Assembly (NCBI GenBank): GCA_043769295.1
Contig: JAYVJL010000156.1
Span: 1,913 to 65,912 of the forward strand
Direction: 5' to 3'
Length of the DNA: 64,000 bases
DNA from: Polaromonas sp.
Lineage (GTDB): Bacteria > Pseudomonadota > Gammaproteobacteria > Burkholderiales > Burkholderiaceae_C
This document shows, in pieces, positions 33,490 through 42,218 of this stretch. The notes under the pieces were generated by a model that worked only from the letters and a program-made list of their open reading frames with translations, was not told where the DNA came from and searched no databases. A program made the translations under genes and the position numbers. Numbering within the stretch: position 1 is the stretch's first letter; every line of letters begins with the position of its first letter.

Positions 33490-33853
33490 ATGCCAACAGC
33501 TGCTTTAACTCACCGCTTGCAATCAATTTATCCAGGTCGCCAGCACCACCCACCAGCGTGCCTTTGACGAAGATCATGGGAAATGTCGGCCAGCCGGTCC
33601 ACATTTTCAAGGCGTTGCGCTCACGCCAGGTGTTCAGGTAGTTGCCGTAATCCAGGTCATGGTGTTTGATGCCGACGGCGTCCAGCGCTGCGCGGGCTTT
33701 TTTCGGGAACGGGTTCATGCCCATACCGACGACCACGACAGGATGTGCCGACACAGCCGTTTGCACCTCGGTCACGATGGCTTTTTGGCTGTTGGCCACT
33801 TTGTCCCGAACAGCGGGGTGGATGTGGGATTCGTCTAGTAGCGCACGCGGCAT
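33488..33853 (-). CDS. Glutaredoxin-fold protein with no cysteine
   Basis: VVVVGMGMNPFPKKARAAL..WPTFPMIFVKGTLVGGAGDLDKLIASGELKQLL follows the Grx layout, but the CGFS/CPYC position reads MNPF and the whole protein has no Cys. Confidence 0.7.
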   Translation of the reverse strand: MPRALLDESHIHPAVRDKVANSQKAIVTEVQTAVSAHPVVVVGMGMNPFPKKARAALDAVGIKHHDLDYGNYLNTWRERNALKMWTGWPTFPMIFVKGTLVGGAGDLDKLIASGELKQLLA

Positions 33854-33942
33854 GTCCGGTTCCTCATATATATGGATGATGGCGGATTATCACCGCCCCA
33901 AAATCACGGGTTATAACTAGACCGATTGACCAAGCCGCTTGA

Positions 33943-35151
33943 CTAGGCCGCCTGCAGGGCCTTCACCTGCTCTGCCCGCCGGGATGTTTGCGCACCTGCC
34001 AGGATAAAGCCCTGCAAACGCCCCTCTTCACCCACGTGTTGCCACAAGCCGGGCTCCGCTTCGTGCCAACCGCCGGGCGTGCCGATGTTGGGACTGGCTA
34101 TCAACAACGGCAGAGCTGGCGTTTTCACCGCCACAGGCATGATGGGGAACACCACCTCGGTGCGTTTGCCCGTCAAGGTGACGGCCAAAGCGCGCGCTGC
34201 ATTCATGATGGGCATGACATACGGCAATGTGACGTCGCCGGCGCTGGCGTACTGCGCTGCATCGCCCAAAGCGTAAACGTCGGGGACGCTGGTCTGCAAA
34301 GCGGCATCGACTTTGATGCCACGCTCGCACGCCAACCCTGCCGCCAAGGCTAAACGCGTATCGGCGCGCAAGCCCACCGCACTGAGCACCACATCCGCCG
34401 CCAACACCTCACCACTGGCCAACGTGGCCTGCCAGACCGACGTTGAACCTGATGCCGTGGTCTTGTTAACCGCCTGCACGGTCGTGCCAAAGTGCCAATC
34501 TACGCCTAAATTCGCCAGCGATACCTGTAGCTGTTCACTCGCCTGTTCAGGCAGCAAAGCCGCCAGCGGACGGGTGCATGGGTCCACCACGCTCACCGCA
34601 TAGCCGGCGTTGATCAAATCATTGGCAAACTCACAACCAATCAGCCCCGCACCCATGATGAGCACTTTGGGTGATTTTTTACTACTATTTTCATAGCTAA
34701 CCATGCTTATTTCACGCCGGCTAGCATCACTATTGAGTGCTTTATAAAAGTGTGCGAAGTCTTGCAGGGAATTAACCGACAACACCTGATCTGCCGCATC
34801 GCCTGCCACTGGCACGCGGATGGGCGCAGCCCCTGTGGCCAACACCAATGCGCTGAAGTCATGGCTTCCCTGGCTGGTGGTCAGCGTTTTGACATAGGGG
34901 TCAAAACTGAGCACCTGGGTATGCGCCAATAAGGTCACACCCTGTGTTTCAACCATCTTGGCAGCCGGTGTCACCACCAGTTGCTCGGGTGACTTTTTCT
35001 GGGCAAAAGCGTTTGACAGCGTGGGTTTGGCGTAAAAGTCGCCACTGTCAGCGGTGATCATCAAGATCGGCGTGGTGGTATCAAGCTTGCGGAACTCGCG
35101 CACAGTGGTCCAGGCGGCCAATCCCGCGCCGATGATGATGATGGGATTCAT
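33943..35151 (-). CDS. Rubredoxin-NAD(+) reductase-like FAD-dependent pyridine nucleotide-disulfide oxidoreductase
   Basis: MNPIIIIGAGLAAWTT and VLIMGAGLIGCEFANDL dinucleotide motifs; directly downstream of the rubredoxin gene. Confidence 0.8.
   Translation of the reverse strand: MNPIIIIGAGLAAWTTVREFRKLDTTTPILMITADSGDFYAKPTLSNAFAQKKSPEQLVVTPAAKMVETQGVTLLAHTQVLSFDPYVKTLTTSQGSHDFSALVLATGAAPIRVPVAGDAADQVLSVNSLQDFAHFYKALNSDASRREISMVSYENSSKKSPKVLIMGAGLIGCEFANDLINAGYAVSVVDPCTRPLAALLPEQASEQLQVSLANLGVDWHFGTTVQAVNKTTASGSTSVWQATLASGEVLAADVVLSAVGLRADTRLALAAGLACERGIKVDAALQTSVPDVYALGDAAQYASAGDVTLPYVMPIMNAARALAVTLTGKRTEVVFPIMPVAVKTPALPLLIASPNIGTPGGWHEAEPGLWQHVGEEGRLQGFILAGAQTSRRAEQVKALQAA
34679..34725 (+). 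repeat. Forward copy of the dispersed repeat, in frame inside the rubredoxin reductase gene
   Basis: ttactactattttcatagctaaccatgcttatttcacgccggctagc; read on the minus strand as ASRREISMVSYENSS. Confidence 0.6.
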
Positions 35152-35160
35152 TAGGTTTGT

Positions 35161-35325
35161 TTAGATTTCTACTACTTCAAAGTCAGCTTTGGCCACGCCG
35201 CAATCTGGGCATGCCCATGCGTCTGGCACGTCTTTCCATACCGTACCGGCAGCAATGCCGTCTTCTGGGCGGCCTGCGGTCTCGTCGTATACAAAGCCGC
35301 AAACGATGCAAATATATGTTTTCAT
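35161..35325 (-). CDS. Rubredoxin (54 aa)
   Basis: Below the ORF-track size cut-off. My translation: [54 protein letters not shown], with both CxxCG knuckles. AGGAAA lies 5 nt upstream of the ATG. Confidence 0.9.
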   Translation of the reverse strand: MKTYICIVCGFVYDETAGRPEDGIAAGTVWKDVPDAWACPDCGVAKADFEVVEI

Positions 35326-35407
35326 GTGTTTTCCTGAAATATGTTGTGATGTGTTGAGTTAGGTCGAACTGGGCGTGATTGTCTTACATAACAAAGAACA
35401 GAGCCGA

Positions 35408-35902
35408 TCAGGCCGTGGCTTTGACCGTGTCCAAACGGGCTTGGTAGTGCGCAGCGTGGCGCTCCTCCACTTTGGCCAAGGCTGCAAAACGCTTTTGCGC
35501 TTTGTCCAGCATGGTTTTGAACTGGGCGGCGTGGACTTTGCTTTCTTCAATCTGCTCATCCATCTCGGCGACAGCGGCGGCATTGCCCTCTGCTTCAGCT
35601 GTTTTGCGGAAACCGGGGTACATCTCGGTGTATTCGTATGTTTCACCGTCGATGGCGATCTGTAAAGCCTTGGCCGGTGTCATGGTGGCCTTGGGATAGA
35701 GTAAATCCAGATGGCCAAAGGCATGCATGACTTCCTGGTCGGCTGTGGCTTCAAAAGCGACTGCGGTGTCAATATCACCGGCTTCACGCGCCAATTTGGC
35801 GAAATAACGGTATTTAATATGCGCCATGGACTCGCCGGCAAAGGCAGATTCCAGATTGGCGATGGTTTTGATTTCGGGACGGCTTGCAGTGGCTGTGGTC
35901 AT
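35408..35902 (-). CDS. Rubrerythrin-family ferritin-like diiron protein (no rubredoxin domain)
   Basis: NLESAFAGESMAHIKYRYFAKLAREAGD..FEATADQEVMHA..GETYEYTEMYP..AKVEERHAAHY. Confidence 0.85.
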   Translation of the reverse strand: MTTATASRPEIKTIANLESAFAGESMAHIKYRYFAKLAREAGDIDTAVAFEATADQEVMHAFGHLDLLYPKATMTPAKALQIAIDGETYEYTEMYPGFRKTAEAEGNAAAVAEMDEQIEESKVHAAQFKTMLDKAQKRFAALAKVEERHAAHYQARLDTVKATA

Positions 35903-35971
35903 GGTTGGCTCCTGATGTTGACTTGAAGGGTGATCAGCACCTCTTGATAGAGGTTATTAATCGGTATAGGG

Positions 35972-35990
35972 GTAATGATAGGCATATTTA
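35972..35990. promoter_or_regulatory. Possible Fur/PerR-family box upstream of rubrerythrin
   Basis: The core taatgataggcatat within gtaatgataggcatattta matches about 12 of 15 positions of TAATGATAATCATTA; lies 70-88 nt upstream of the rubrerythrin start. Confidence 0.25.
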
Positions 35991-36182
35991 ATAATTAAAT
36001 CCAATTGGTTTTAACTAACAGATCAATAGTGGCTATCTTTTAACGGCGCACTATGGACTTGATTCTCAGTTTTTTCAAAGCAAGTTTTGTCGGACAGCGG
36101 TTTGTACGGGTATCATTATTTCTCGTTGCTTTAAGCCTTTCCCAGCACTTACTCACTTACCAATACACAAAGCGAGGTCACC

Positions 36183-37229
36183 ATGGCATTGATGGACTTT
36201 CTCAAGAAACAGTTTATTGACATCCTCCAGTGGACCGAGGACAGCGATGGTACGCTGGCTTGGCGCTTCCCGATGGCTGAGATGGAGATTCAAAACGGGG
36301 CGTCGCTCACGGTGCGTGAGTCGCAACTGGCCGTTTTTGTCAACGAAGGCAAGGTCGCCGACGTCTTTGGCCCGGGCACCTACAAGCTCACCACGCAAAC
36401 CCTGCCGGTGCTCACCTACCTGAAAAACTGGGACAAACTGTTTGAGTCGCCCTTCAAAAGTGATGTCTACTTTTTCAGCACCCGCCAACAGATCGACCAA
36501 AAATGGGGCACGCCACAACCCATCACCATCCGCGACAAGGACTTTGGCGCGGTGCGTCTGCGGGCTTTTGGCAATTACAACTTCCGCATTTCCGACGCCA
36601 AACTATTCCACACCGAGATTTCAGGCACCCGCGACAGCTACGGCGTAGAAGAGCTGGACGGTCAACTACGTGGTTTGGTGTTGCAAAACATCAGCAACGC
36701 GATTGCCAGCAGCGGCATTCCGTTTTTGGATCTCGCTTCCAATCAAATGACCTTTGCGCAGGCACTTACAACGCAACTCGCACCAGAATTTGCCAAAATT
36801 GGCTTGAAACTGGAAGGCATGACGGTGCAAAACGTTTCGCTGCCGGAAGATCTGCAAAAAATCCTCGATCAAAAAATCGGCATGGGTATGGTCGGCGACG
36901 ACATGGGCAAGTTCATGCAGTACCAAACCGCACAGGCGATTCCGAAATTTGCCGAAGGCTCCGGTGGCGGCAGCGGCATTGCTGGCGACGCCATGGGCTT
37001 GGGCGCAGGTTTGGCGATGGGACAGGTGCTGGCGCAAAACCTTCAAGCAGGCTTGAGTTCGGGAACGAACCAAACAGCAACAGCGGCCAGTGCGGCGGCT
37101 GCCGCTGTGATCAAACCAGAAGACATCATGGCCACGCTGGAAAAACTGGGTGAACTGAAAGCCAAAGGCATCTTGACGCAAGAAGAGTTTGACGGAAAAA
37201 AGGCAGAGCTGTTGAAAAAACTGGTTTAA
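36183..37229 (+). CDS. SPFH/Band-7 domain protein (B. subtilis YdjI-like) with C-terminal SHOCT-like helix pair
   Basis: MALMDFLKKQFIDILQW..VRESQLAVFVNEGKVADVFGPGTY..AVRLRAFGNYNFRI. Gly-rich linker, then C-terminal LEKLGELKAKGILTQEEFDGKKAELLKKL. Confidence 0.8.
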   Translation: MALMDFLKKQFIDILQWTEDSDGTLAWRFPMAEMEIQNGASLTVRESQLAVFVNEGKVADVFGPGTYKLTTQTLPVLTYLKNWDKLFESPFKSDVYFFSTRQQIDQKWGTPQPITIRDKDFGAVRLRAFGNYNFRISDAKLFHTEISGTRDSYGVEELDGQLRGLVLQNISNAIASSGIPFLDLASNQMTFAQALTTQLAPEFAKIGLKLEGMTVQNVSLPEDLQKILDQKIGMGMVGDDMGKFMQYQTAQAIPKFAEGSGGGSGIAGDAMGLGAGLAMGQVLAQNLQAGLSSGTNQTATAASAAAAAVIKPEDIMATLEKLGELKAKGILTQEEFDGKKAELLKKLV

Positions 37230-37247
37230 ATCTATATTTAGATAACT

Positions 37248-38753
37248 TTGGCCACTGATTCCCTTCAGCGAAGCTACCGCGCGCCCTGCCCCGGCTGTGG
37301 CGCACCGGTTGAGTTTCGCAACGCGCAGTCCACCCATGCGGTGTGTGGCTATTGCCAAAGCACAGTGGTGCGCAGTGGCGACACGCTGACGCGCACCGGT
37401 AAGATGTCAGAGCTGTTTGACGACTTCAGCCCGCTGCAGCTCATGACCTCCGGCAAGTGGGGAGACAAACCCTTCACCCTGATTGGCCGGCTGCAATACC
37501 AGTACGCCCAAGGCACGTGGAACGAGTGGATAGCCGGGTTTGACGATGGCACAACAGGCAGCTTGAGCGAGGACAACGGCGCGTTTGTGTTTTCGACAAT
37601 ACTGGCCACATCAAGCGCCATCCCTGCAGCCACCAACTTCATCGTTGGCAAAACCACGGCCATCAACGGCAAGTCATTCACCGTGGCGGCCAACAACACC
37701 GTGTCGCTCTTGTCGGCACAAGGCGAATTACCCAAACTGCCAGCATTAGGTACACCGTTTGAGGTCGTGGAGCTGCGTGGTGACCAGGGCGATGTGGTCA
37801 GCATCGACTACAGCCCAGCACCCCCTTTGCCGCCAGCGGTTTCAAGTGGCCGTGCTGTCCTGCTGGAAGATCTGCAGCTCAAAGGTTTGAAAGACGAGCA
37901 AACCAAGACCGAATCGGGTCAGCAATTTGCCTGCCCCAACTGCGCCGCTTCCTTGCAAGTCACGCTAACCTCCACCAAAAGCCTGACCTGCCGCAGTTGC
38001 AACAGCATCATCGATGTGTCGCAAGGGGTGGCCGGGCAACTTAACCACGCGCTGCAAACTGACCCTGTCGCGCCCTTGATCGAGTTGGGCAGCACCGGTC
38101 AACTGCAAGGCGTCAGCTGGCAATTGGTCGGCTTTCAGCACCGCATGGGTTATGAGGCGGATGACCCCGATGAGCATTTCGGCTGGACGGAGTACCTGCT
38201 CTACAACCAAAAGCGCGGCTTCACCTTCTTAATCGACTCAACCGAGGGCTGGAGCCTGGCCACGCCCACCACGGGTGCGCCCACGCTGTCGTCCAACGGT
38301 GCTACCGCCACCTATTTGAGCAACCAATACAACCGCAAATACAGTTACAAAGCCGAAACGCAGTATGTGGCTGGCGAGTTCTATTGGCGGGTCGAACGCG
38401 GCCAGCTGAGCAACAACACCGACTTTGAGAAAGGCGCGGCGCTGCTGTCGCGCGAGGAAACGTCGAATGAGGTGACCTGGTCCATGGGCAGCAAGCTCAG
38501 CAGCGCTGCCGTAACCAAGTCATTCAATTTGAAGGAGGGTGCGCTGGACGGTGGCGGCAAAGACGCACTCAAAGCCAGTGACGCCAAACCTCTGAGCAGC
38601 ATTGCTGGAATGGGCTGTGGCACCATCGTGATTTTGATATTGATCTTGTTGCTTTTTTTGTTTTTGATCAGCCGTTGCTCCAGTCCCGACAGCACTGGGC
38701 GTAGCTCTGGCGGATCTTATGGTGGATTTAGCTCTGGCGGCGGGCATAAATAA
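37248..38753 (+). CDS. Zn-ribbon/DUF4178-type protein with C-terminal TM helix and Gly/Ser tail
   Basis: CPGCGAP..CGYCQS and CPNCAAS..CRSCNS ribbons. FTLIGRLQY..WNEW and WQLVGF..W.EYLLYN blocks are typical of DUF4178. TM segment GCGTIVILILILLLFLFLI. TTG start at 37248; no nearby ATG. Confidence 0.7.
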   Translation: MATDSLQRSYRAPCPGCGAPVEFRNAQSTHAVCGYCQSTVVRSGDTLTRTGKMSELFDDFSPLQLMTSGKWGDKPFTLIGRLQYQYAQGTWNEWIAGFDDGTTGSLSEDNGAFVFSTILATSSAIPAATNFIVGKTTAINGKSFTVAANNTVSLLSAQGELPKLPALGTPFEVVELRGDQGDVVSIDYSPAPPLPPAVSSGRAVLLEDLQLKGLKDEQTKTESGQQFACPNCAASLQVTLTSTKSLTCRSCNSIIDVSQGVAGQLNHALQTDPVAPLIELGSTGQLQGVSWQLVGFQHRMGYEADDPDEHFGWTEYLLYNQKRGFTFLIDSTEGWSLATPTTGAPTLSSNGATATYLSNQYNRKYSYKAETQYVAGEFYWRVERGQLSNNTDFEKGAALLSREETSNEVTWSMGSKLSSAAVTKSFNLKEGALDGGGKDALKASDAKPLSSIAGMGCGTIVILILILLLFLFLISRCSSPDSTGRSSGGSYGGFSSGGGHK

Positions 38754-38787
38754 TGCTCGACGCTTCAACGTTTTTAAGGAGGTTGTG

Positions 38788-39009
38788 ATGGAACTCATGG
38801 GATTAAAACTAGGTGCGATCGTTGGTTCGGTCTTGTTTGCCTTGATTGGCGTGCTGATTTTTTGGTTGTGCTTTGTCATCATCGACAAACTCACGCCCTA
38901 CGATTTATGGGTCGAAATTGTGGAGAAGCAAAACATCGCACTCGGTATCGTCGTCGCGGCCATGAGCCTGGGAGTTTCCATCATCGTGGCGGCAGCCATC
39001 CATGGTTGA
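38788..39009 (+). CDS. DUF350 (YjfL-like) small membrane protein
   Basis: ATG at 38788 with AGGAGG 5 nt upstream; two TM helices (FIIDKLTPYDLW..NIALGIVVAAMSLG). Confidence 0.7.
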   Translation: MELMGLKLGAIVGSVLFALIGVLIFWLCFVIIDKLTPYDLWVEIVEKQNIALGIVVAAMSLGVSIIVAAAIHG

Positions 39010-39015
39010 TGTGGA

Positions 39016-40551
39016 TTGAAGTCTCTTAAAGCCAGTCCGCTAGAAGTTACCCTCCTCGCCAGCGTCTTGGTCGTCGCGGCTTGTGGCCTGGTGTACGAGC
39101 TGGCCGCTGGCGCGCTGGCCTCGTATTTGCTGGGCGACTCGATTCTGCAGTTTTCCACCGTCATCGGCTGCTACTTGTTTGCCATGGGTGTGGGCTCGTG
39201 GTTGTCTCAATTTTTTGACCGTCAACTGCCCGCGCATTTTTTACGGATTGAACTTTTGGTCGCCTTGGCCGGTGGCTTGCTGCCGGCGGTTTTGTTTTTA
39301 GCCAATGCCTATTTCCCCGGCAGTTTCAGGTGGGTGCTCTACGGGCTGGTCGCCACGGTAGGTATTTTGGTGGGTTTGGAGATTCCGCTGGTCATGCGGA
39401 TTTTGAAACGCAACGTAGCCTTCAAAGATGTGGTCTCGCAAGTGCTGACCTTTGATTATTTGGGGGCGCTGGCCGTATCGGTGGCTTTCCCCTTGATTTT
39501 GGTGCCGCAATTGGGCTTGATCCGCACGGGCTTGCTGTTTGGGCTGTTGAACGCGGCCGTGGCGGTCTGGGCGCTGTGGCTGTTCCGGTTTGAGCTGCGC
39601 CAGTTCAAGGCACATGCACTGGCTTGTGGTTTGACCTTGGCGGTTCTTGCTGCCGCTTTTTTGGGCGCAAACCATATCACCACGCTGGCGGAGGACAAGT
39701 TTTACCAGGACCGCATCGTCTTCACCGCCGCATCGCCTTATCAGCGCATTGTGGTGACGCAGGGCAAGCTGGGACACCGCTTGTTTTTAAACGGCAACCT
39801 GCAGTTTGCCGAGCGGGATGAATACCGCTACCACGAGGCTTTGGTTCACCCGGCGATGGCGGCTTTTTCAGCCGCAGGACCGAAACGTGTCGCCGTTCTG
39901 GGCGGTGGCGACGGCATGGCGGTGCGGGAGATTTTGAAGTACCCCAGCGTCGAGTCCGTCACCTTGGTGGAGTTGGACCCGGCCATGACCCGGCTGTTTT
40001 CAGAACAACCCACCTTGGTCCAACTCAACGGCGGCGCACTCAAATCACCCAAAGTCAAAGTCGTCAACACCGACGCGTTTGCCTGGCTTGATTCAGGTAC
40101 CGACTTATTTGACGTGATCATCATCGACTTCCCCGACCCGACCAACTTCTCCATCGGCAAGCTCTACACCAACTCGTTTTACGCGCTTTTGGACAAACGC
40201 CTCTCAGCCAGCGGTTATGCAGTGATTCAAACCACCTCGCCCCTGGTGGCCCGCAAAAGCTTTTGGACCGTGGCGCAAACGATTGAATCCGTCGGTTTAA
40301 CAGCCACGCCCTACCACGCGCATGTACCCAGCTTTGGCGAATGGGGGTTCATCATCGCCAGCCGCCGGCCTTGGCACGTTCCGGCAAGCTTGCCTGCGGG
40401 ACTGCGCTTTTTAGACCTGCCCAGCCTGCCTGTGCTGTTTGACTTCCCGCTCGACATGGCGCGTGTGCCCACCGAGGTCAACCGCCTGTCCAACCAGGTT
40501 CTGGTGACGACCTACGAGCAGGAATGGGGCACAGTGGCACATTCGCCATGA
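39016..40551 (+). CDS. Membrane-anchored polyamine aminopropyltransferase (spermidine/spermine synthase-like)
   Basis: About 7 N-terminal TM helices, then YQRIVV..LFLNGNLQFAERDEYRYHEALVHP..VAVLGGGDGMAVREIL..IIIDFPDP; TTG start at 39016. Confidence 0.8.
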   Translation: MKSLKASPLEVTLLASVLVVAACGLVYELAAGALASYLLGDSILQFSTVIGCYLFAMGVGSWLSQFFDRQLPAHFLRIELLVALAGGLLPAVLFLANAYFPGSFRWVLYGLVATVGILVGLEIPLVMRILKRNVAFKDVVSQVLTFDYLGALAVSVAFPLILVPQLGLIRTGLLFGLLNAAVAVWALWLFRFELRQFKAHALACGLTLAVLAAAFLGANHITTLAEDKFYQDRIVFTAASPYQRIVVTQGKLGHRLFLNGNLQFAERDEYRYHEALVHPAMAAFSAAGPKRVAVLGGGDGMAVREILKYPSVESVTLVELDPAMTRLFSEQPTLVQLNGGALKSPKVKVVNTDAFAWLDSGTDLFDVIIIDFPDPTNFSIGKLYTNSFYALLDKRLSASGYAVIQTTSPLVARKSFWTVAQTIESVGLTATPYHAHVPSFGEWGFIIASRRPWHVPASLPAGLRFLDLPSLPVLFDFPLDMARVPTEVNRLSNQVLVTTYEQEWGTVAHSP

Positions 40552-42215
40552 AACGCCGCCAGTTCATTGCTGCAGCCAGCGCCTTGCCGCTTCTGGGTTG
40601 CAATAAACCGCCTGTGATTGAAGACATCCAGGGTGGTTTTACCGGCGTAGATATTGAACACGGGCACTTGTTACGGGACGCAAAATCGTGGACAACGCCT
40701 TCTCAAACCCGAAAAACCAAAGTCATCATCGCCGGTGGTGGTGTGGCCGGTTTGGTGGCTGCGCGGGCTTTGCGTTTGCAAGGCATCAACGATTTTGTAA
40801 TGCTGGAACTGGAAGACCACGCCGGCGGCAACAGCAAGGGCGGCAGCGTCAACGGCATCACCTGCCCGTTGGGGGCGCATTACCTGCCCGTCCCGTCTGA
40901 ACAAGCCCCCCATGCTGCTGATTTGCGTGACATGCTGGAAGAACTGGGCGTACGTCAGCGCGTTGCGGGGCGTTGGACGTATGACGAACGGGTGTTGTGC
41001 CACAGCCCGCAAGAACGCCTTTTTTTCAAGGGCAGTTGGCAAGACGGGCTGCTGCCTGTGCAGGATGTGGGCGCAGGCACGCTGGCGCAGTACCGCCAAT
41101 TTGCCAAACTGGTTGAGGAAGCCCGAAAACGCAGCAACTGGTCCATTCCAGCCTCAAATTCGACCTTAACCGGCGTAGATATTGCCTTAACAGCTATCAC
41201 ATTTATAGCGTATCTAGATCAGCAAGGGTTGACCGATCCGCAACTGCGCTGGTATTTGGATTACTGCTGCCGCGACGATTACGGCGCAGGTGTCAGTACC
41301 GTCTCCGCCTGGGCAGGCATGCACTACTTTGCCAGCCGCCACGGTTTTCATGCACCAGGCGCAGAGATGTCAGAACCTTATGAGCGTGAAAGTGTGCTGA
41401 CCTGGCCCCAAGGCAATGGCTGGATTACGCATCAGCTGGCTTTGCCACTGGGTGAGCGCTTACTTACAAAACGCCTCGTCACCCGCATTGAAGTGATGAA
41501 GCATGGCGTGGAAGTCGATGTGTTTGATACAAGCACCCGGCAAACCGAGCGCTGGCAGTCGGCGCGCTGCATCGTTGCGCTGCCTATTTTTGTGGCGGCT
41601 CGGGTGGTGAAAAACCCGCCCGCTGTGTTGCAAGCGGCCGCCAGGCAAACCCGCTACGCCCCCTGGCTGGTCGCCAACATCCACATCGACCAACCTTTGC
41701 ATGACCGCTCTGGCGCTGCGCCGAGCTGGGACAATGTGATCTACGGCGCTGCGGGTTTGGGCTACGTGGATGCCCAGCACCAAAGCCTGAAACCGGTGCC
41801 CGGCGCCACAGTGTTGACGCATTACCGCGCTTTGGGCGATAAGGCGGACGGTCGCAAACAGTTCTTGGAGCGCCCCTGGAGCCGCTGGCGGGACGAGATT
41901 TTGGCGGAATTATCAACAGCCCACCCCGATTTGGTGGCCAAAACCCGCCGCATCGACATCACCCGCTACGGGCACGCAATGGCGGTTCCTGTTCCAATTA
42001 GCCCGTCAAACCCGTTAAATCTGTCAAACAGTGGGTTTCATGCTCAAATTCGACCTCAGCCGGCGTATTTATTGCCTAGACTGCTATTAAAAAAAGAGCA
42101 AAAAGAAGGCCTGCCGCAGCCACTGTTGTTTGCGCACAGCGACTGGGCGGGTTACTCGGTGTTTGAAGAGGCCTTCGCACTGGGTCATGCTGCGGGGAAG
42201 TTGGCATCAAAATAG
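40548..42215 (+). CDS. Exported FAD-dependent oxidoreductase, amine-oxidase-like
   Basis: The ATG at 40548 overlaps the upstream stop (ATGA). MKRRQFIAAASALPLLGC is a twin-arginine signal with a lipobox Cys; KVIIAGGGVAGLVAARAL is a dinucleotide motif. Confidence 0.75.
   Translation: MKRRQFIAAASALPLLGCNKPPVIEDIQGGFTGVDIEHGHLLRDAKSWTTPSQTRKTKVIIAGGGVAGLVAARALRLQGINDFVMLELEDHAGGNSKGGSVNGITCPLGAHYLPVPSEQAPHAADLRDMLEELGVRQRVAGRWTYDERVLCHSPQERLFFKGSWQDGLLPVQDVGAGTLAQYRQFAKLVEEARKRSNWSIPASNSTLTGVDIALTAITFIAYLDQQGLTDPQLRWYLDYCCRDDYGAGVSTVSAWAGMHYFASRHGFHAPGAEMSEPYERESVLTWPQGNGWITHQLALPLGERLLTKRLVTRIEVMKHGVEVDVFDTSTRQTERWQSARCIVALPIFVAARVVKNPPAVLQAAARQTRYAPWLVANIHIDQPLHDRSGAAPSWDNVIYGAAGLGYVDAQHQSLKPVPGATVLTHYRALGDKADGRKQFLERPWSRWRDEILAELSTAHPDLVAKTRRIDITRYGHAMAVPVPISPSNPLNLSNSGFHAQIRPQPAYLLPRLLLKKEQKEGLPQPLLFAHSDWAGYSVFEEAFALGHAAGKLASK
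41168..41209 (-). repeat. Reverse copy of the dispersed repeat, in frame inside the FAD oxidoreductase gene
   Basis: aaccggcgtagatattgccttaacagctatcacatttatagc, read as TGVDIALTAITFIA. Confidence 0.55.
42056..42099 (-). repeat. Reverse copy of the dispersed repeat, in frame inside the FAD oxidoreductase gene
   Basis: tcagccggcgtatttattgcctagactgctattaaaaaaagagc, read as QPAYLLPRLLLKKEQ. Confidence 0.7.
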
Positions 42216-42218
42216 CAT

